A stretch of 64,000 bases of DNA from an uncultured delta proteobacterium (GCA_963826785.1 CAWGYD010000006.1:768001-832000); one strand, 5' to 3'. Positions 51,453 to 61,892 are shown, counted from the first letter of the stretch. Notes: generated by a model not told the origin, from the sequence alone. A program made the numbers and translations.

Positions 51453-52472
51453 TCAAACATTGAACCGGAAGTTGATGATATCGCCGTCTTTGACTTCGTA
51501 GGTTTTTCCTTCCAGCCGGAGGGTGCCCCGCTTCTTGGCCTCGGCCATGGAGCCCGCATCCATGAAATCATCATAGGAGATGACCTCGGCCCGGATGAAC
51601 CCCTTTTTGATATCCGAGTGGATCACTTCGGCCGCGTCCAGTGCTGCCGTTCCTTTTTTAAGGGTCCATGCCCGCACTTCGTCTTCGCCCACCGTAAAAA
51701 ATGCCATCAGGCCGAGAAGTCCGTAGGAACTGGTGATGACCCGGTCGGTGGCAGATGCGGAAATATTGAATTCCGCCAGAAGCTCAGCGGCTTCATCTCC
51801 GCTCATCTGGGCCAGTTCGTGCTCCAGCTTGCCCCTGATGATGATGGTTTTTTCGCGGTCAAAGGGGGCGGAGCGGTCCGGGGCGGTCATATCGTCATCC
51901 GCGTTGTTGAACAGAACCAGCATCGGTTTTGCCGACAAAAAAGCATAGCCGCGAAGGGAGCGGGCAGACGCCAGTTCGGGAAGGCGGCGCAGGGGGGTTT
52001 CGGATTCGAGTGCCTCCTTGCAGCGCTCCAGGAGGTCGCGCTCTTCGGTATCGATCTGCCTGGATCTTTTGGCGTCCGCTTCCATCCGTTCGATCCGTTT
52101 TTCGACCACCGCCAGATCGGAGATGATCAGATCCTGGTCCAGCTGCGTAAAATCGTCCTGCGGCGCGGGCGCATCAATGCCGAACTGGGCAAAATTGCGG
52201 ATCACATGGATCAGGGCGTCCGCATCCCGGACCGGTGTCCATGTGCTTTCCTCCCTGCCGCCGGCCCGGCCGGGGAGCAGGTATTCCACCTGGGTATAAA
52301 TGGTTTTTCTGGGTTTGAAAATGGCGCTCAAGGCGTCGATCCGGCTGTCCGGCACGGCGACGGTGCCCAGCCGGTTTTCCCCTTTGGCGCCGGTGCCGGC
52401 AAATTCACCGGTCAGTGCCTCGAACACGGTGGTTTTCCCCGCGCCGGCCAACCCGATAATGCCTGATTTCAT
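51453..52472 (-). CDS. ychF: YchF-family (DUF933) ATPase
   Basis: GLAGAGKTT, FFTVGEDEVRAW, IHSDIKKGFIRAEV, YEVKDGDII. G3 region is atypical. Confidence 0.82.
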   Translation of the reverse strand: MKSGIIGLAGAGKTTVFEALTGEFAGTGAKGENRLGTVAVPDSRIDALSAIFKPRKTIYTQVEYLLPGRAGGREESTWTPVRDADALIHVIRNFAQFGIDAPAPQDDFTQLDQDLIISDLAVVEKRIERMEADAKRSRQIDTEERDLLERCKEALESETPLRRLPELASARSLRGYAFLSAKPMLVLFNNADDDMTAPDRSAPFDREKTIIIRGKLEHELAQMSGDEAAELLAEFNISASATDRVITSSYGLLGLMAFFTVGEDEVRAWTLKKGTAALDAAEVIHSDIKKGFIRAEVISYDDFMDAGSMAEAKKRGTLRLEGKTYEVKDGDIINFRFNV

Positions 52473-52558
52473 GCTAATCCTCCTTGAAGTGCCAAAAATT
52501 CACCACCAAGGGTGGCTTCGTGGTTCAATACCATTTGCGGGTTGAAGGTTTTGCCTCT

Positions 52559-53356
52559 TTACGCTTGTCCGGATATATCAATCCTGAACAGCCGGCCGGT
52601 GTTGTCCCGGATGGATTGCGCCAGCGTCTCCGGATGCTCCTTGCGGACCTCGGCCAGTTTAAACAAAACAGACCGGACAAATGCCGGTTCGTTGCGGCGG
52701 GTTCGGTTTTTTTCGGGCGCCGGGGTAAGGTATGGCGCATCGGTTTCCACCAGAAGCCGCTCGGCCGGAATATGGGGCGCCAGGCTGCGCAATGGTGCGC
52801 CCCGGGATTCTATGGTGAGAATGCCGGTGATGCCGATATAAAACCCCAGTTCCAGGTAAGACTCCATTTCCTTGCGGTCGCCGCTGAAGCAGTGCACCAC
52901 CGCATCCCGGCCGGTACCCGCATACCGGTTCTGCAGAATTTCCAGGAACCGGCCCTTCGAGTCGCGTTCGTGAAAAATCAGGGGAAGGTCGAGTTCATCG
53001 GCCATGTCCAGCTGCCGGATGAACCATTTTTCCTGGATATCCGCAGGGGAGTACATGCGGTTGAAATCAAGACCCGTTTCCCCCCAGGCCTTTACCTTCG
53101 GGTTCCGGGTTAGCATTTTCAATGCCAAAAGGCCTTTTTCGCTGCAGGCGGATGCATCATGGGGGTGAACCCCCACGGATGCAAAGCATCCGGAATATTG
53201 ATTTGCGATGTCAATGGCCTGCCGGGAGGTCTCTTCCGTGATGCCCACGACCATGGCGCCGATAACGCCTGACGTCGCAGCCCGCTCCATGACCGCGTCC
53301 ATATCTTTTTTGTAGGCCTTGTCATTTAAATGGCAATGGCTGTCAAACAGTTTCAT
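52559..53356 (-). CDS. tatD: TatD family hydrolase
   Basis: DSHCH, GVHPH, GETGLD, HCFSG, ETDAPYL. Confidence 0.95.
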   Translation of the reverse strand: MKLFDSHCHLNDKAYKKDMDAVMERAATSGVIGAMVVGITEETSRQAIDIANQYSGCFASVGVHPHDASACSEKGLLALKMLTRNPKVKAWGETGLDFNRMYSPADIQEKWFIRQLDMADELDLPLIFHERDSKGRFLEILQNRYAGTGRDAVVHCFSGDRKEMESYLELGFYIGITGILTIESRGAPLRSLAPHIPAERLLVETDAPYLTPAPEKNRTRRNEPAFVRSVLFKLAEVRKEHPETLAQSIRDNTGRLFRIDISGQA

Positions 53357-53589
53357 CTTCCATTCCGGCAATTGTTCTTTTAACAAGGTGCGTTAACCCG
53401 ACGGTAACAGGCCAAAATAGATAGCATTCCACCCGGACAAACGCAAGGGGTCAATCCTTTTTTTGAAAAATTCGGCGGCCCGGCTGGATTGTCCGGTAAA
53501 ACCCCGGATATGCGTGATCAGAAAAGAGGCTTTGAATTGAAAGCATGTTTTGGGAAAAGAGCTATCGAACTGGTTGGGGTATTCCGGTT

Positions 53590-54420
53590 TCAATCAGGGC
53601 GGTGATGCCATAAATGGTGCAGAAGCGGGCCGGAGCCGTGGCCCACGCTTGCATCTCTGGCCATGGCGATCAATTTTGACGTAAATTTTACGGATGCTGA
53701 AAACGCCGGCGCCGGATCCAGCCCCTGGGCCAGGTACGAGGAGAAGGCCGAAGCGAATGTACATCCGGTACCGTGGGTGTTCAGGGTGGCAAAGCGCTCG
53801 TGTGTCTCGGTTGTGGTTTCCATCCGGCCGCCGGACCTGAACAGCAAAATGTCGGTCACCCGTTTGGCGTCGGCATCATCATGGCCGCCTTTCAATACGA
53901 TTCCGGCCAGATTTTCAAACCGTTTCATCAATTCAATCCCTGCCGCCCGAAGATCTTCGGGGGGGCGGCCATAGAGGATTTCCAGTTCAAACAGGTTGGG
54001 GGTGATATAGTTCGACCGGGGGATAATTTTGCGCTTCAATGCCTCCACCGCCGCCTCGTCAATGAGCCGGCAGCCGGTGGTGGAAACCATCACCGGGTCG
54101 CATACCACGGTGCGCTGTTCCAGCCACGGGGCAATGGCATCACAGATCCCGGCATCGGGGATCATGCCCAGCTTGATCACATCCACCCGGATATCGGTGA
54201 GCACCGCTTCCAGCTGCTGCGTGACAAAATCGGCCGGCACCGTCATCACGCCGGTCACTTCCCGGGTGTTCTGGGCGGTGAGCGCCGTGATCACCGCCGC
54301 ACCGTAAGCGCCGGTGGCGGCAATCGTTTTCAGGTCCGCCTGAATGCCCGCCCCGCCGGAAGGATCGGAACCGGCAATGGTAAGCACCGTGGGAATCGTT
54401 TTGGATTGGGGTGTGCGCAT
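53590..54420 (-). CDS. thiD: Hydroxymethylpyrimidine/phosphomethylpyrimidine kinase
   Basis: LTIAGSDPSGGAGIQADLKT, DPVM, NTHGTGCT. Confidence 0.95.
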   Translation of the reverse strand: MRTPQSKTIPTVLTIAGSDPSGGAGIQADLKTIAATGAYGAAVITALTAQNTREVTGVMTVPADFVTQQLEAVLTDIRVDVIKLGMIPDAGICDAIAPWLEQRTVVCDPVMVSTTGCRLIDEAAVEALKRKIIPRSNYITPNLFELEILYGRPPEDLRAAGIELMKRFENLAGIVLKGGHDDADAKRVTDILLFRSGGRMETTTETHERFATLNTHGTGCTFASAFSSYLAQGLDPAPAFSASVKFTSKLIAMARDASVGHGSGPLLHHLWHHRPD

Positions 54421-54467
54421 CGGGCTTTCTCCGATTGACAATTTTTAAGAACGATACGTTCTGCAGT

Positions 54468-54518
54468 CAATTGTGAATTGTGAATTGCCAATTGCCGATT
54501 GTCAATTGACAATTGACA
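54468..54518. repeat. Heptamer (C/G)AATTGN tandem array
   Basis: CAATTGT GAATTGT GAATTGC CAATTGC CGATTGT CAATTGA CAATTGA. Degenerate relative at ~10470-10500. Confidence 0.78.
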
Positions 54519-54558
54519 GTCATCAGGATCTGGCCCGGAAAGGATAGTGCGGGAAATT

Positions 54559-54586
54559 CGGCGGGGGAGAGGCATCTCCCCCGCCG
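54559..54586 (-). terminator. Hairpin downstream of the FMN glutamate synthase gene
   Basis: CGGCGGGGGAGA-GGCA-TCTCCCCCGCCG. Weak U-tract. Confidence 0.6.
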
Positions 54587-54616
54587 TTCATCAGAGAGAA
54601 AGGAAGTAAATGTTAA

Positions 54617-56270
54617 TTATGCATTCAGGATCTTTTTGGCCACTTCGTCATTGACGTCCGATACGTGGGGGATGCCGGTTTCGGCGGCGGTTTCGCGGTT
54701 TCCGGCAAACAGGTCCGTACGGGCGATCTGGTTTAAGGCGAACTTGCGCGCGCCGGCCATGAGCTGCTGCAGGCCGCAGGAGAGCTTGTCCGCCAGGGTG
54801 CAGAAGGCGATGGCGCCATAGGGGATGTTCTTCATCTCCTTCTTGCCCACCTTCTTCTGGACGTCAAAATAACCGGCGAAGATCTCTTCGGCGCTGTTGC
54901 CGAAATCCGTAACCGTCTTGGGCAGCTTGTCCCAGTTTCCGGCCAGCTTTTCCCGGCGTTCGGGATGGAGCGCCCCTTCGATGTTGGAGCCCAGGAAGCC
55001 CGGGATCATGATGGCGCGTCCCATGCAGATCAGTTTGGTGTAGGGTGCGCCCAGGGCCAGGGCCTTGAAGATGTGGTCTTCCAGGGCAAACCCGCCGGCA
55101 AAGGACATGTCCACCACTCTTTGGCCCTTGGCCGCCAGGATGGAGGCATATTCATACGCTTTGGAATGCAGGTTGATGGAGGGAACGCCCCAGCTCTGCA
55201 TCATGTTCCAGGGGCTCATGCCGGTGCCGCCGCCGGAACCGTCGATGGTCAGCAGGTCGCAGTCCGGCCTCGGAGGCGAACTTGATGGCCATGGCCAGCT
55301 CTTCCATGCCGTAGGAACCGGTCTTCAAGGTGATCCGCTTGAATCCGATCTTGCGCAGGTAATCCACGCTGTTCATGAAATCCTCGCGAACCTTGGCCGC
55401 CGTATCCAGGTTGGTGCCGCCCAGCCGGCTGTGGCGGGCAAAGGAGCGGATCGCGCCTTCCTTGAACGCTTCCTGGACTTCCGGGCGGGTGGGGTCCGGG
55501 TCGACCACGTAGCCGCGGTCCTTGAGGAACAGGGCGTAATCGAGGCTGGTCACCTGGATTTCACCGCCGATGTCCTTGGCGCCCTGGCCCCATTTCAGCT
55601 CGATGATGCACTTGTCGCCGTATTTGTCCACCACGAACTCGGCAACGCCGTTTCGGGTGTCTTCCACGTTGAGCTGGACAATGATGGCGCCGTAGCCGTC
55701 ATAGTAGCGCAGGTAGCCGTCGATGCGCCGTTCCAGTTCCGGTGCGCTCTTGATTTTGCCCTTGCGGTTTTTGCCGGTTCCGATCTTGGATTCCCGGTCA
55801 ACCCCCACCACATTTTCACCGATGACCACCGGGATGCCGGACAGAGCGCCGCCGATGGCAAATGAATCCCAGTATTTGGCCGCAATAAAGGTGGAACCCA
55901 GCGCGCCGGTCATCAACGGGATGCGGGCCTTGGTCTTGACCTCATTTCCGAATTCGGTCTCCAGGCTGACGTTGGGGAAGATGCAGTCGTCCGCATCGTT
56001 GCTCAACCCCTTGGACAGGCCGTTGGCACCATACGCATATCCCTGGATCCGCAGGGAGTTGTAGGAAACCCCCACGTGGGTGGTATTGTTGGCGCCGGCG
56101 GTCACGGTGCCGAAGTCCCGGGGATAAAGGAGTTTGCGGCCAACCACGCTCGACAGCCAGGTCTCGCATTTGCCCATGCAGTCGGCCCGGCACAGGGTGC
56201 ACAGGCTCGATTCGGCCGGATTGCCGCGGTTGGTGGTGCCCAGAACATCGTTGTTTTTTTGAAAGCGCAT
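54617..56270 (-). CDS. Stand-alone FMN-binding glutamate synthase family protein (frameshift ~55262)
   Basis: N-terminal CTLCRADCMGKCE, GALGST, ELKWGQGAKDIGGE, GGGTGMSPW, AGGFALED. Confidence 0.88.
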
Positions 56271-56353
56271 GATGATTTCTCCTTTTGTCTGCTGTTGAGT
56301 TGTTGCTATTTATTGTTATTCAAATGACTTGCCTAAAACCTTCAAGCGGGCAT

Positions 56354-56435
56354 AAAAAAACGCCTCTTCTCCCCGGTGGGAGACAGAGACGTCCTTGTCT
56401 TTGTCAGTTTAACTTACACACCATTGTATAAGTTA
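56354..56435 (-). promoter_or_regulatory. ANTAR-type antitermination leader: twin hexaloop hairpins plus intrinsic terminator
   Basis: P1 UAACUUAUAC-AAUGGU-GUGUAAGUUA; 9-nt linker; P2 AGAC-AAGGAC-GUCU overlapping the terminator GACGUCUCUGUCUCCC-ACCG-GGGAGAAGAGGCG-U7. Confidence 0.82.
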
Positions 56436-56693
56436 ACTATGACTAATTAGACAGCGCGATGCGGGAAGTCAAGAAATTTTTAATGAATATCGAAGCCGTG
56501 TGCTATAGGGAAGTAAGCGAAAAAGCGGTCGAGTGTTGCGGGATTTGGATATAAGCGAGAAACGGTTTGCGAAAATCCTTGATACGTTCAGGAGCAGATG
56601 TTATAAGCATATGCTCAAAAATGTGAAAAGGTTTACATCTCGATCAGGTAAAACGGATTGTATCCGATATGAATTTAGATAAAAGGAGGCGGC

Positions 56694-57578
56694 ATGCAGG
56701 TATCCCAGTTGGTGAAGGCAAAAGGCGGAAAACCGATCATCTCGTTTGAGTTTTTTCGGGCCAAAACGGAAAAAGGGGCTGAAAACCTCGAGAAAACACT
56801 CGATGTGCTGTGTGCGACCCCGCATGATTACATGACGGTGACCTTCGGGGCGGGCGGTTCCACCCGTGACGGCTCTTTCCAGCTCATCGACAAGATCAAA
56901 AAGGAAAGAGGGCGCGACGTGGTGGCCTACATCGCCGGCATCGGCCTTTCGCCGGATGAACTGATTTCGATTTTGGACCGGTTTAAGCAGCAGGGCATTG
57001 AAACCGTTTTTGTCATTCGGGGAGATGAGCCAAAGGATGACGCCGGATTCGCGCCGCATCCGGATGCCCTTTCCTATGCATCGGATTTGCTGACATTCAT
57101 CAAATCCCGGTATGATTTCTGCCTGGGCGCCGCGGGGTATCCCGAAGGGCACATCGAGGCCGTAAGCCGGGAAAAGGATATTGAATATGCGCTGTTGAAA
57201 GAAAAAAACGGTGCGGATTATATCGTTGCGCAGTATTTTTACGACAATCGGTTTTTCTATGATTATGTCGACCGCTGCCGGGCGGCGGGGGTGACCGTGC
57301 CGATTTTTCCCGGGATCATGCCGATTTATTCGGTGAAGATGCTGGAAATCCTGTCACGGGTCTGCGGTGCAACCATAACGGATGAGGTCCGGACCGGACT
57401 GGAGGCCGTTTCAAACGAAGGGAATGACGGCGTGGTTCAGTTTGGCATCGAACTGGCCACGAAACAATGCCGGGATCTGCTGAAGCACGGGGTGCCCGGT
57501 CTTCATTTTTATACCATGAATCGCGCCGGATCCGTCAGCACCGTTATCGCCACCCTGGAAAAGGAAGGGCTGCTGTAG
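56694..57578 (+). CDS. metF: Methylenetetrahydrofolate reductase
   Basis: ISFEFF, VTFGAGGSTR, IRGD, AAGYPEGH, GLHFYTMN. Confidence 0.93.
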   Translation: MQVSQLVKAKGGKPIISFEFFRAKTEKGAENLEKTLDVLCATPHDYMTVTFGAGGSTRDGSFQLIDKIKKERGRDVVAYIAGIGLSPDELISILDRFKQQGIETVFVIRGDEPKDDAGFAPHPDALSYASDLLTFIKSRYDFCLGAAGYPEGHIEAVSREKDIEYALLKEKNGADYIVAQYFYDNRFFYDYVDRCRAAGVTVPIFPGIMPIYSVKMLEILSRVCGATITDEVRTGLEAVSNEGNDGVVQFGIELATKQCRDLLKHGVPGLHFYTMNRAGSVSTVIATLEKEGLL

Positions 57579-57629
57579 GCTCGATTCCTCTGAGTGGCGG
57601 CGGCCGCAGCAGGAAGTGATGATGAGGAT

Positions 57630-58343
57630 TCAGTAGAGGTCTTCGGACAATAAAATGGCTTCGGCAACCTGGCGCATGGATTTTCGGGAATCCATGCTCT
57701 TTTTCTGCAGCCAGCGGAAGGCTTCTTCGGCGGAGAGATTCATTCGCCTCATGATCACTTCCTTGCTCCGCTCCACCAGCTTGCGGGTTTCCAGTTCTTC
57801 CTGGATCACTTTTGTTTTTACGATCAGTTCGGAGTTGAAGATCGCCACGGCCGCCTGATTTGCCACCGTGGTAATCAGATTCACCTCGTTTTCGGAAAAA
57901 TCATGGTACTCGGAAGTAAAACAGTTTAGAACCCCCATCACTTTTTCATCGCGAAGGGTCAAGGGCACGCTGGCCAAGGATTTCAGGCCCAGCTTCTGGG
58001 CCATTTCCTTTTCCTTGAATTTGGGCTCCTTCAATACATCGGCGATGATCAGGGGCTGCCGGTGGCCGACCACGTACCCCACCACCCCCTCATTGACCAG
58101 CAGAACCCGGTCTTTGACATATTCCGGATCGATGGCCTGGGTGGCTTTCAGGCGGATCTTGCGGGACCCGTTTCCCTCGTCCACCAGCCACAAAGAGCAG
58201 ATCTCCACTCCCGTGACCTTGGCCGTCACCATCACGATCAGCTTCAATATTTCTTCCAGGTACAGGTCGGAATTGATGGCACTGCTGATATCCATCAATG
58301 CCTTTATATATTTGTCGGTGCTTTCGGTCGGCATGGGGCTCAT
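57630..58343 (-). CDS. GAF and ANTAR domain RNA antitermination regulator
   Basis: GAF domain (EGVVGYV, SLASVPL, GVLNCF, ANQAAVAI) plus ANTAR (LETRKLVERSKEVIM..SAEEAFRWLQKKSMDSRKSMRQVAEAI). Confidence 0.93.
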   Translation of the reverse strand: MSPMPTESTDKYIKALMDISSAINSDLYLEEILKLIVMVTAKVTGVEICSLWLVDEGNGSRKIRLKATQAIDPEYVKDRVLLVNEGVVGYVVGHRQPLIIADVLKEPKFKEKEMAQKLGLKSLASVPLTLRDEKVMGVLNCFTSEYHDFSENEVNLITTVANQAAVAIFNSELIVKTKVIQEELETRKLVERSKEVIMRRMNLSAEEAFRWLQKKSMDSRKSMRQVAEAILLSEDLY

Positions 58344-58358
58344 TAAACTTTTAGCGTC

Positions 58359-60647
58359 TCAACTCGATTTAACGTAATCGTATACGCGGGGGTTGGTGCA
58401 GACCTCATAATAACATGCATCTGTCTGCCGCAGCACGCTCATGTCATCGGGGGCAACCTCGGGAACGGGCGCCTCCCGGATAACAATGCGCTGATAGTTG
58501 CCTGAGTTGGTGGGAAATTTTCCCGTGTACAGGATCAATTGATCCGGGCCGATGTCGGGGATTTTTCCCTCGATTCTTTTCAGGTGGATCTCTTTTCGGA
58601 GTTTTTCAAATCCTTCCGGCGCCAACTCAATTCCGTGCACATTGTACCGGATCAGGGGGGAATCGGACAGAAGCGGTGCATTCGGGTTATGGGCCGGTTT
58701 GAAGACATAAAGATTAAACGGCGGGGGATGATCCTGGAAGCGCTCCCGCAGGGATTTGTTGCACCCGGACAGCTGATCCGCCACGTTGATGGCCGGTGAT
58801 ATCATGATCCGGTTGTCTTCATCATAAAAGAAGGTGGGCGGCTTGCCGGTATATCCGATGCCGATGCCCAGATCCAGGTTGGGCAGGTTGTTCTGACTGT
58901 TCCGGCGGTTGTATTTCTTGACGATCATCAGGATGTTGATGGCCAGCCCGCAGGCTCGCGCCACGCTGTACCACTTCCCTGCCATGCCTTCGTATTCGAA
59001 TATGGCCAGGATGACCGCGTCCCCTTCGATGAAGACCTTGGCCGCGCCGTACTGGGACAGAATCTTGCTGATGGGGTCAAAAAAATTGAGGCTGAAATTC
59101 GATGCCGGATTCATGTCCTTGGCCTTCATCTGCTCCACGATATTCGTCGACCCCCGGATATCGGCCTTAATCACCACGTGATGAATGATCGACTGTTTGT
59201 CCGTGCCGGATTCATAGGAGAGGACAAATTCATACAGGGTATGATTCCCGCTGGACAGCTTGATGATCCGTTCATCGGTGACCAGGTTGATGCAGTCGCA
59301 GGCGTCCCGAATCATCTGGAAGTTCCGGATGTCCCGGTGATAGCGCGCGAAATCTTTCAAAAAACGGACCAGGTAGCGCTTCTGTGCATATCGCGGGGTA
59401 TGCTTGATCTGGTTGATGGTGCGGCGGAGCGGAGACAGGGGAAACGATTTTCCATAATATTTCTTGAAGCGGTGGAGTTTTCGAATGGTGTTTTTCCGGG
59501 CCTTGGGAAGCACCAGGTACTGCAGGCATTCCTGGGGGGAAAGCGGCGGGCAGTATCGATGATAAATGGACTGAATCTTATAAGCCGCCACGATCCCGTC
59601 GATCATGTTTTCTTTGACGATGTTTTTATAAAACTGATTCAGCAGCTGTTTCTGAACCTGGCAGCGTCTTTTCAGGGTGTGGATCTTCTCCTTGTCCGAA
59701 TGCCTTTTTTTCAGCTTTTTATAAATATCCAGCGTATGGTAGAAGTTAAAGAGCTTATCCACATTTTCCACATGCTTGATCCATCCGTCCACCTGGGCGT
59801 AAATGGGATTGACCAGCTGCCCCATCGGCTCCGGATCATCCTGGGGCATGGGTATGGGCTGGGCGGATGACGGATCCGACGTCTCCTGCCGGGTGTTCAG
59901 GTGCTTCAAAAACTGTGAAAATACATTGATCAGCGTATTGTAATTGACGGGATCCTCGATGCGGTGCCCCAGCAGGACATAATTTTCGATCAGGAAAAAT
60001 CCATCGGGGGCAATGGTGGACTGCAGGATGGGATTGGAAAAGAGTTCTTCGGGCAGCCTTGCAACTTCGCCGAAATTGGAAGTGCGCAATTCGCTCACCT
60101 CATGCTGAACCTCGATGAAGTACTGAAACAACTCGGCGCCCACCTTCTGCAAAATGCGATTTTTTCGCTGAATGATGCCGGAGAGCTCTTCCCGGAGCCG
60201 CATGGTGGCTTCCATCCGGTTTAATATTTCCTGCTTGCGGATGATGGTCTTGCAGTGCTGGATGACCTGCTCATACTGGTGGTGGACCTCTTCGGTGAGC
60301 ATTTTCACCATGGCGGTCTGGGCCAGAAAATCGATCTGCACTTCCCGCTGGGATTTGGCCTTGTCGATACCGTCTGTGAGAATTTCCGTGCACAGCCGCT
60401 TGAATACGGCAATCTCCTTGAACCAGTTGAAATCCGTGCTGAGGATAAAAGAAGGGGATGCGTCTGCGTATTTCAGGATCAGTTCAAATGTGATCAGGCC
60501 GGTGGTCTTGCGAAATTCGGGACTGATGAGCACGTCATAGCGGACATTGTCCACCCCCAGTTTCAGCCTGGAAAAGGGCAGATCCAGGTCATAGGATTTC
60601 AGTGGGAACAGCGAAATGTCCGTGTATGTCGCATTGAAATTAAACAT
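58359..60647 (-). CDS. Large protein with a C-terminal class III nucleotidyl cyclase-like domain
   Basis: VIKADIRGST, KVFIEGDAVIL, LGIGI, ISPAINVADQL. Long uncharacterised helical N-terminus. Confidence 0.72.
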   Translation of the reverse strand: MFNFNATYTDISLFPLKSYDLDLPFSRLKLGVDNVRYDVLISPEFRKTTGLITFELILKYADASPSFILSTDFNWFKEIAVFKRLCTEILTDGIDKAKSQREVQIDFLAQTAMVKMLTEEVHHQYEQVIQHCKTIIRKQEILNRMEATMRLREELSGIIQRKNRILQKVGAELFQYFIEVQHEVSELRTSNFGEVARLPEELFSNPILQSTIAPDGFFLIENYVLLGHRIEDPVNYNTLINVFSQFLKHLNTRQETSDPSSAQPIPMPQDDPEPMGQLVNPIYAQVDGWIKHVENVDKLFNFYHTLDIYKKLKKRHSDKEKIHTLKRRCQVQKQLLNQFYKNIVKENMIDGIVAAYKIQSIYHRYCPPLSPQECLQYLVLPKARKNTIRKLHRFKKYYGKSFPLSPLRRTINQIKHTPRYAQKRYLVRFLKDFARYHRDIRNFQMIRDACDCINLVTDERIIKLSSGNHTLYEFVLSYESGTDKQSIIHHVVIKADIRGSTNIVEQMKAKDMNPASNFSLNFFDPISKILSQYGAAKVFIEGDAVILAIFEYEGMAGKWYSVARACGLAINILMIVKKYNRRNSQNNLPNLDLGIGIGYTGKPPTFFYDEDNRIMISPAINVADQLSGCNKSLRERFQDHPPPFNLYVFKPAHNPNAPLLSDSPLIRYNVHGIELAPEGFEKLRKEIHLKRIEGKIPDIGPDQLILYTGKFPTNSGNYQRIVIREAPVPEVAPDDMSVLRQTDACYYEVCTNPRVYDYVKSS

Positions 60648-60820
60648 TAATGAAGCTGTCAGCCCTCAGCCGCTAACCGTTAACATGCAATTTTAAACGG
60701 GTCATATCATACATACCATACCCATACCCATACCCATGTTCATGTACATGAAAGAAGAATTTAAGTGAACAGATATCAATCACGTTCGCCAAAGCAATCG
60801 CTGGTGACCGACCGCTTGCC

Positions 60821-61609
60821 TCACGAGTACGTATGCTCGGGTGCGGGAAAGGTCCCTTTCTGCACCTCTGTGATGTAATCCCGGACGCCTTTGTCCGCGG
60901 CTTCCCGAAGGGAGGCAAAATTTTTGACGAATTTGGGGACGTGGCCGGTGTTGAGTCCCAGGCAGTCATGGAGCACCAGGACCTGGCCGTCGCATGCGGC
61001 CCCTGCGCCGATGCCGATGGTGGGTATGGAAAGGGCCGCCGTGATCCTTTCCGCAATATCGGCGGGGATGCCTTCCAGCACGACGGAAAACGCTCCCGCG
61101 GCCTGGACTTCCAGGGCGTCGGCCATCAGGCGGTCCTCATCCCGCTGGACCTTGTATCCCCCCATCTGGTGCACGGACTGGGGCAGCAGGCCGATGTGGG
61201 CCTGAACCGGAATCCCCACCTGGCACAGGGCCTTGATGACGGGGCTCACCGCCGCGCCCCCTTCCAGTTTCACCGCGGCAGCCCCCGCTTCCTTCAGGAA
61301 ACGGCCGGCGTTGGTGATGGCCTCGGGGATGGAGGCATGATAGGAAAGAAACGGCATATCGCCGACAACCATGGCATTTTTGGTGATGGCAGCCACAATG
61401 CGGGTGTGGTAAATCATTTCATCCATGGTGACGCCAAGCGTATTGGGCCGACCCTGGATCACCCCCCCCAGGGAATCGCCCACCAGCAGTACGTGAATGC
61501 CCGCTTCATCGGCAATCCTGGCGAAGGTATAATCATAGGCGGTCAGCGTGGCGATTTTTTCGCCCTGCTGCTTCATCTGTTGCAGTGTTTTTACGGTAAT
61601 TTGAGGCAT
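60821..61609 (-). CDS. panB: 3-methyl-2-oxobutanoate hydroxymethyltransferase
   Basis: [38 protein letters not shown]. Confidence 0.97.
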   Translation of the reverse strand: MPQITVKTLQQMKQQGEKIATLTAYDYTFARIADEAGIHVLLVGDSLGGVIQGRPNTLGVTMDEMIYHTRIVAAITKNAMVVGDMPFLSYHASIPEAITNAGRFLKEAGAAAVKLEGGAAVSPVIKALCQVGIPVQAHIGLLPQSVHQMGGYKVQRDEDRLMADALEVQAAGAFSVVLEGIPADIAERITAALSIPTIGIGAGAACDGQVLVLHDCLGLNTGHVPKFVKNFASLREAADKGVRDYITEVQKGTFPAPEHTYS

Positions 61610-61892
61610 AACGGCCTTCCTTTTTTTATTTTAACGGGCCGAACGGCTTTGCCGCCATCGGTTTTTCCGGCCGGGGTCCGGGATTTGATCGGTTTAAAAT
61701 GTTAATTAATACAACTAAATATGACGATGGCGGCCCCACCGGGCCGGAACATAAATTATTGACTAAATAACCGCTTTTCAATATAGATGATAAATTATGC
61801 TCGTGCCGATGAATAACTGCCCGGGAATATGCACATTATCATATTAAAAAGAATTATCGATTGCAAACCTTATTCCAGAGTACGCAAATATC

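Noticed and set aside
54421..54616. TPP riboswitch upstream of thiD
   Set aside because: No CUGAGA core. The region holds only a hairpin and a heptamer array.
56470..56693. SAM/SAH riboswitch upstream of metF
   Set aside because: No recognisable consensus by eye. An Rfam scan would be needed to exclude it fully.
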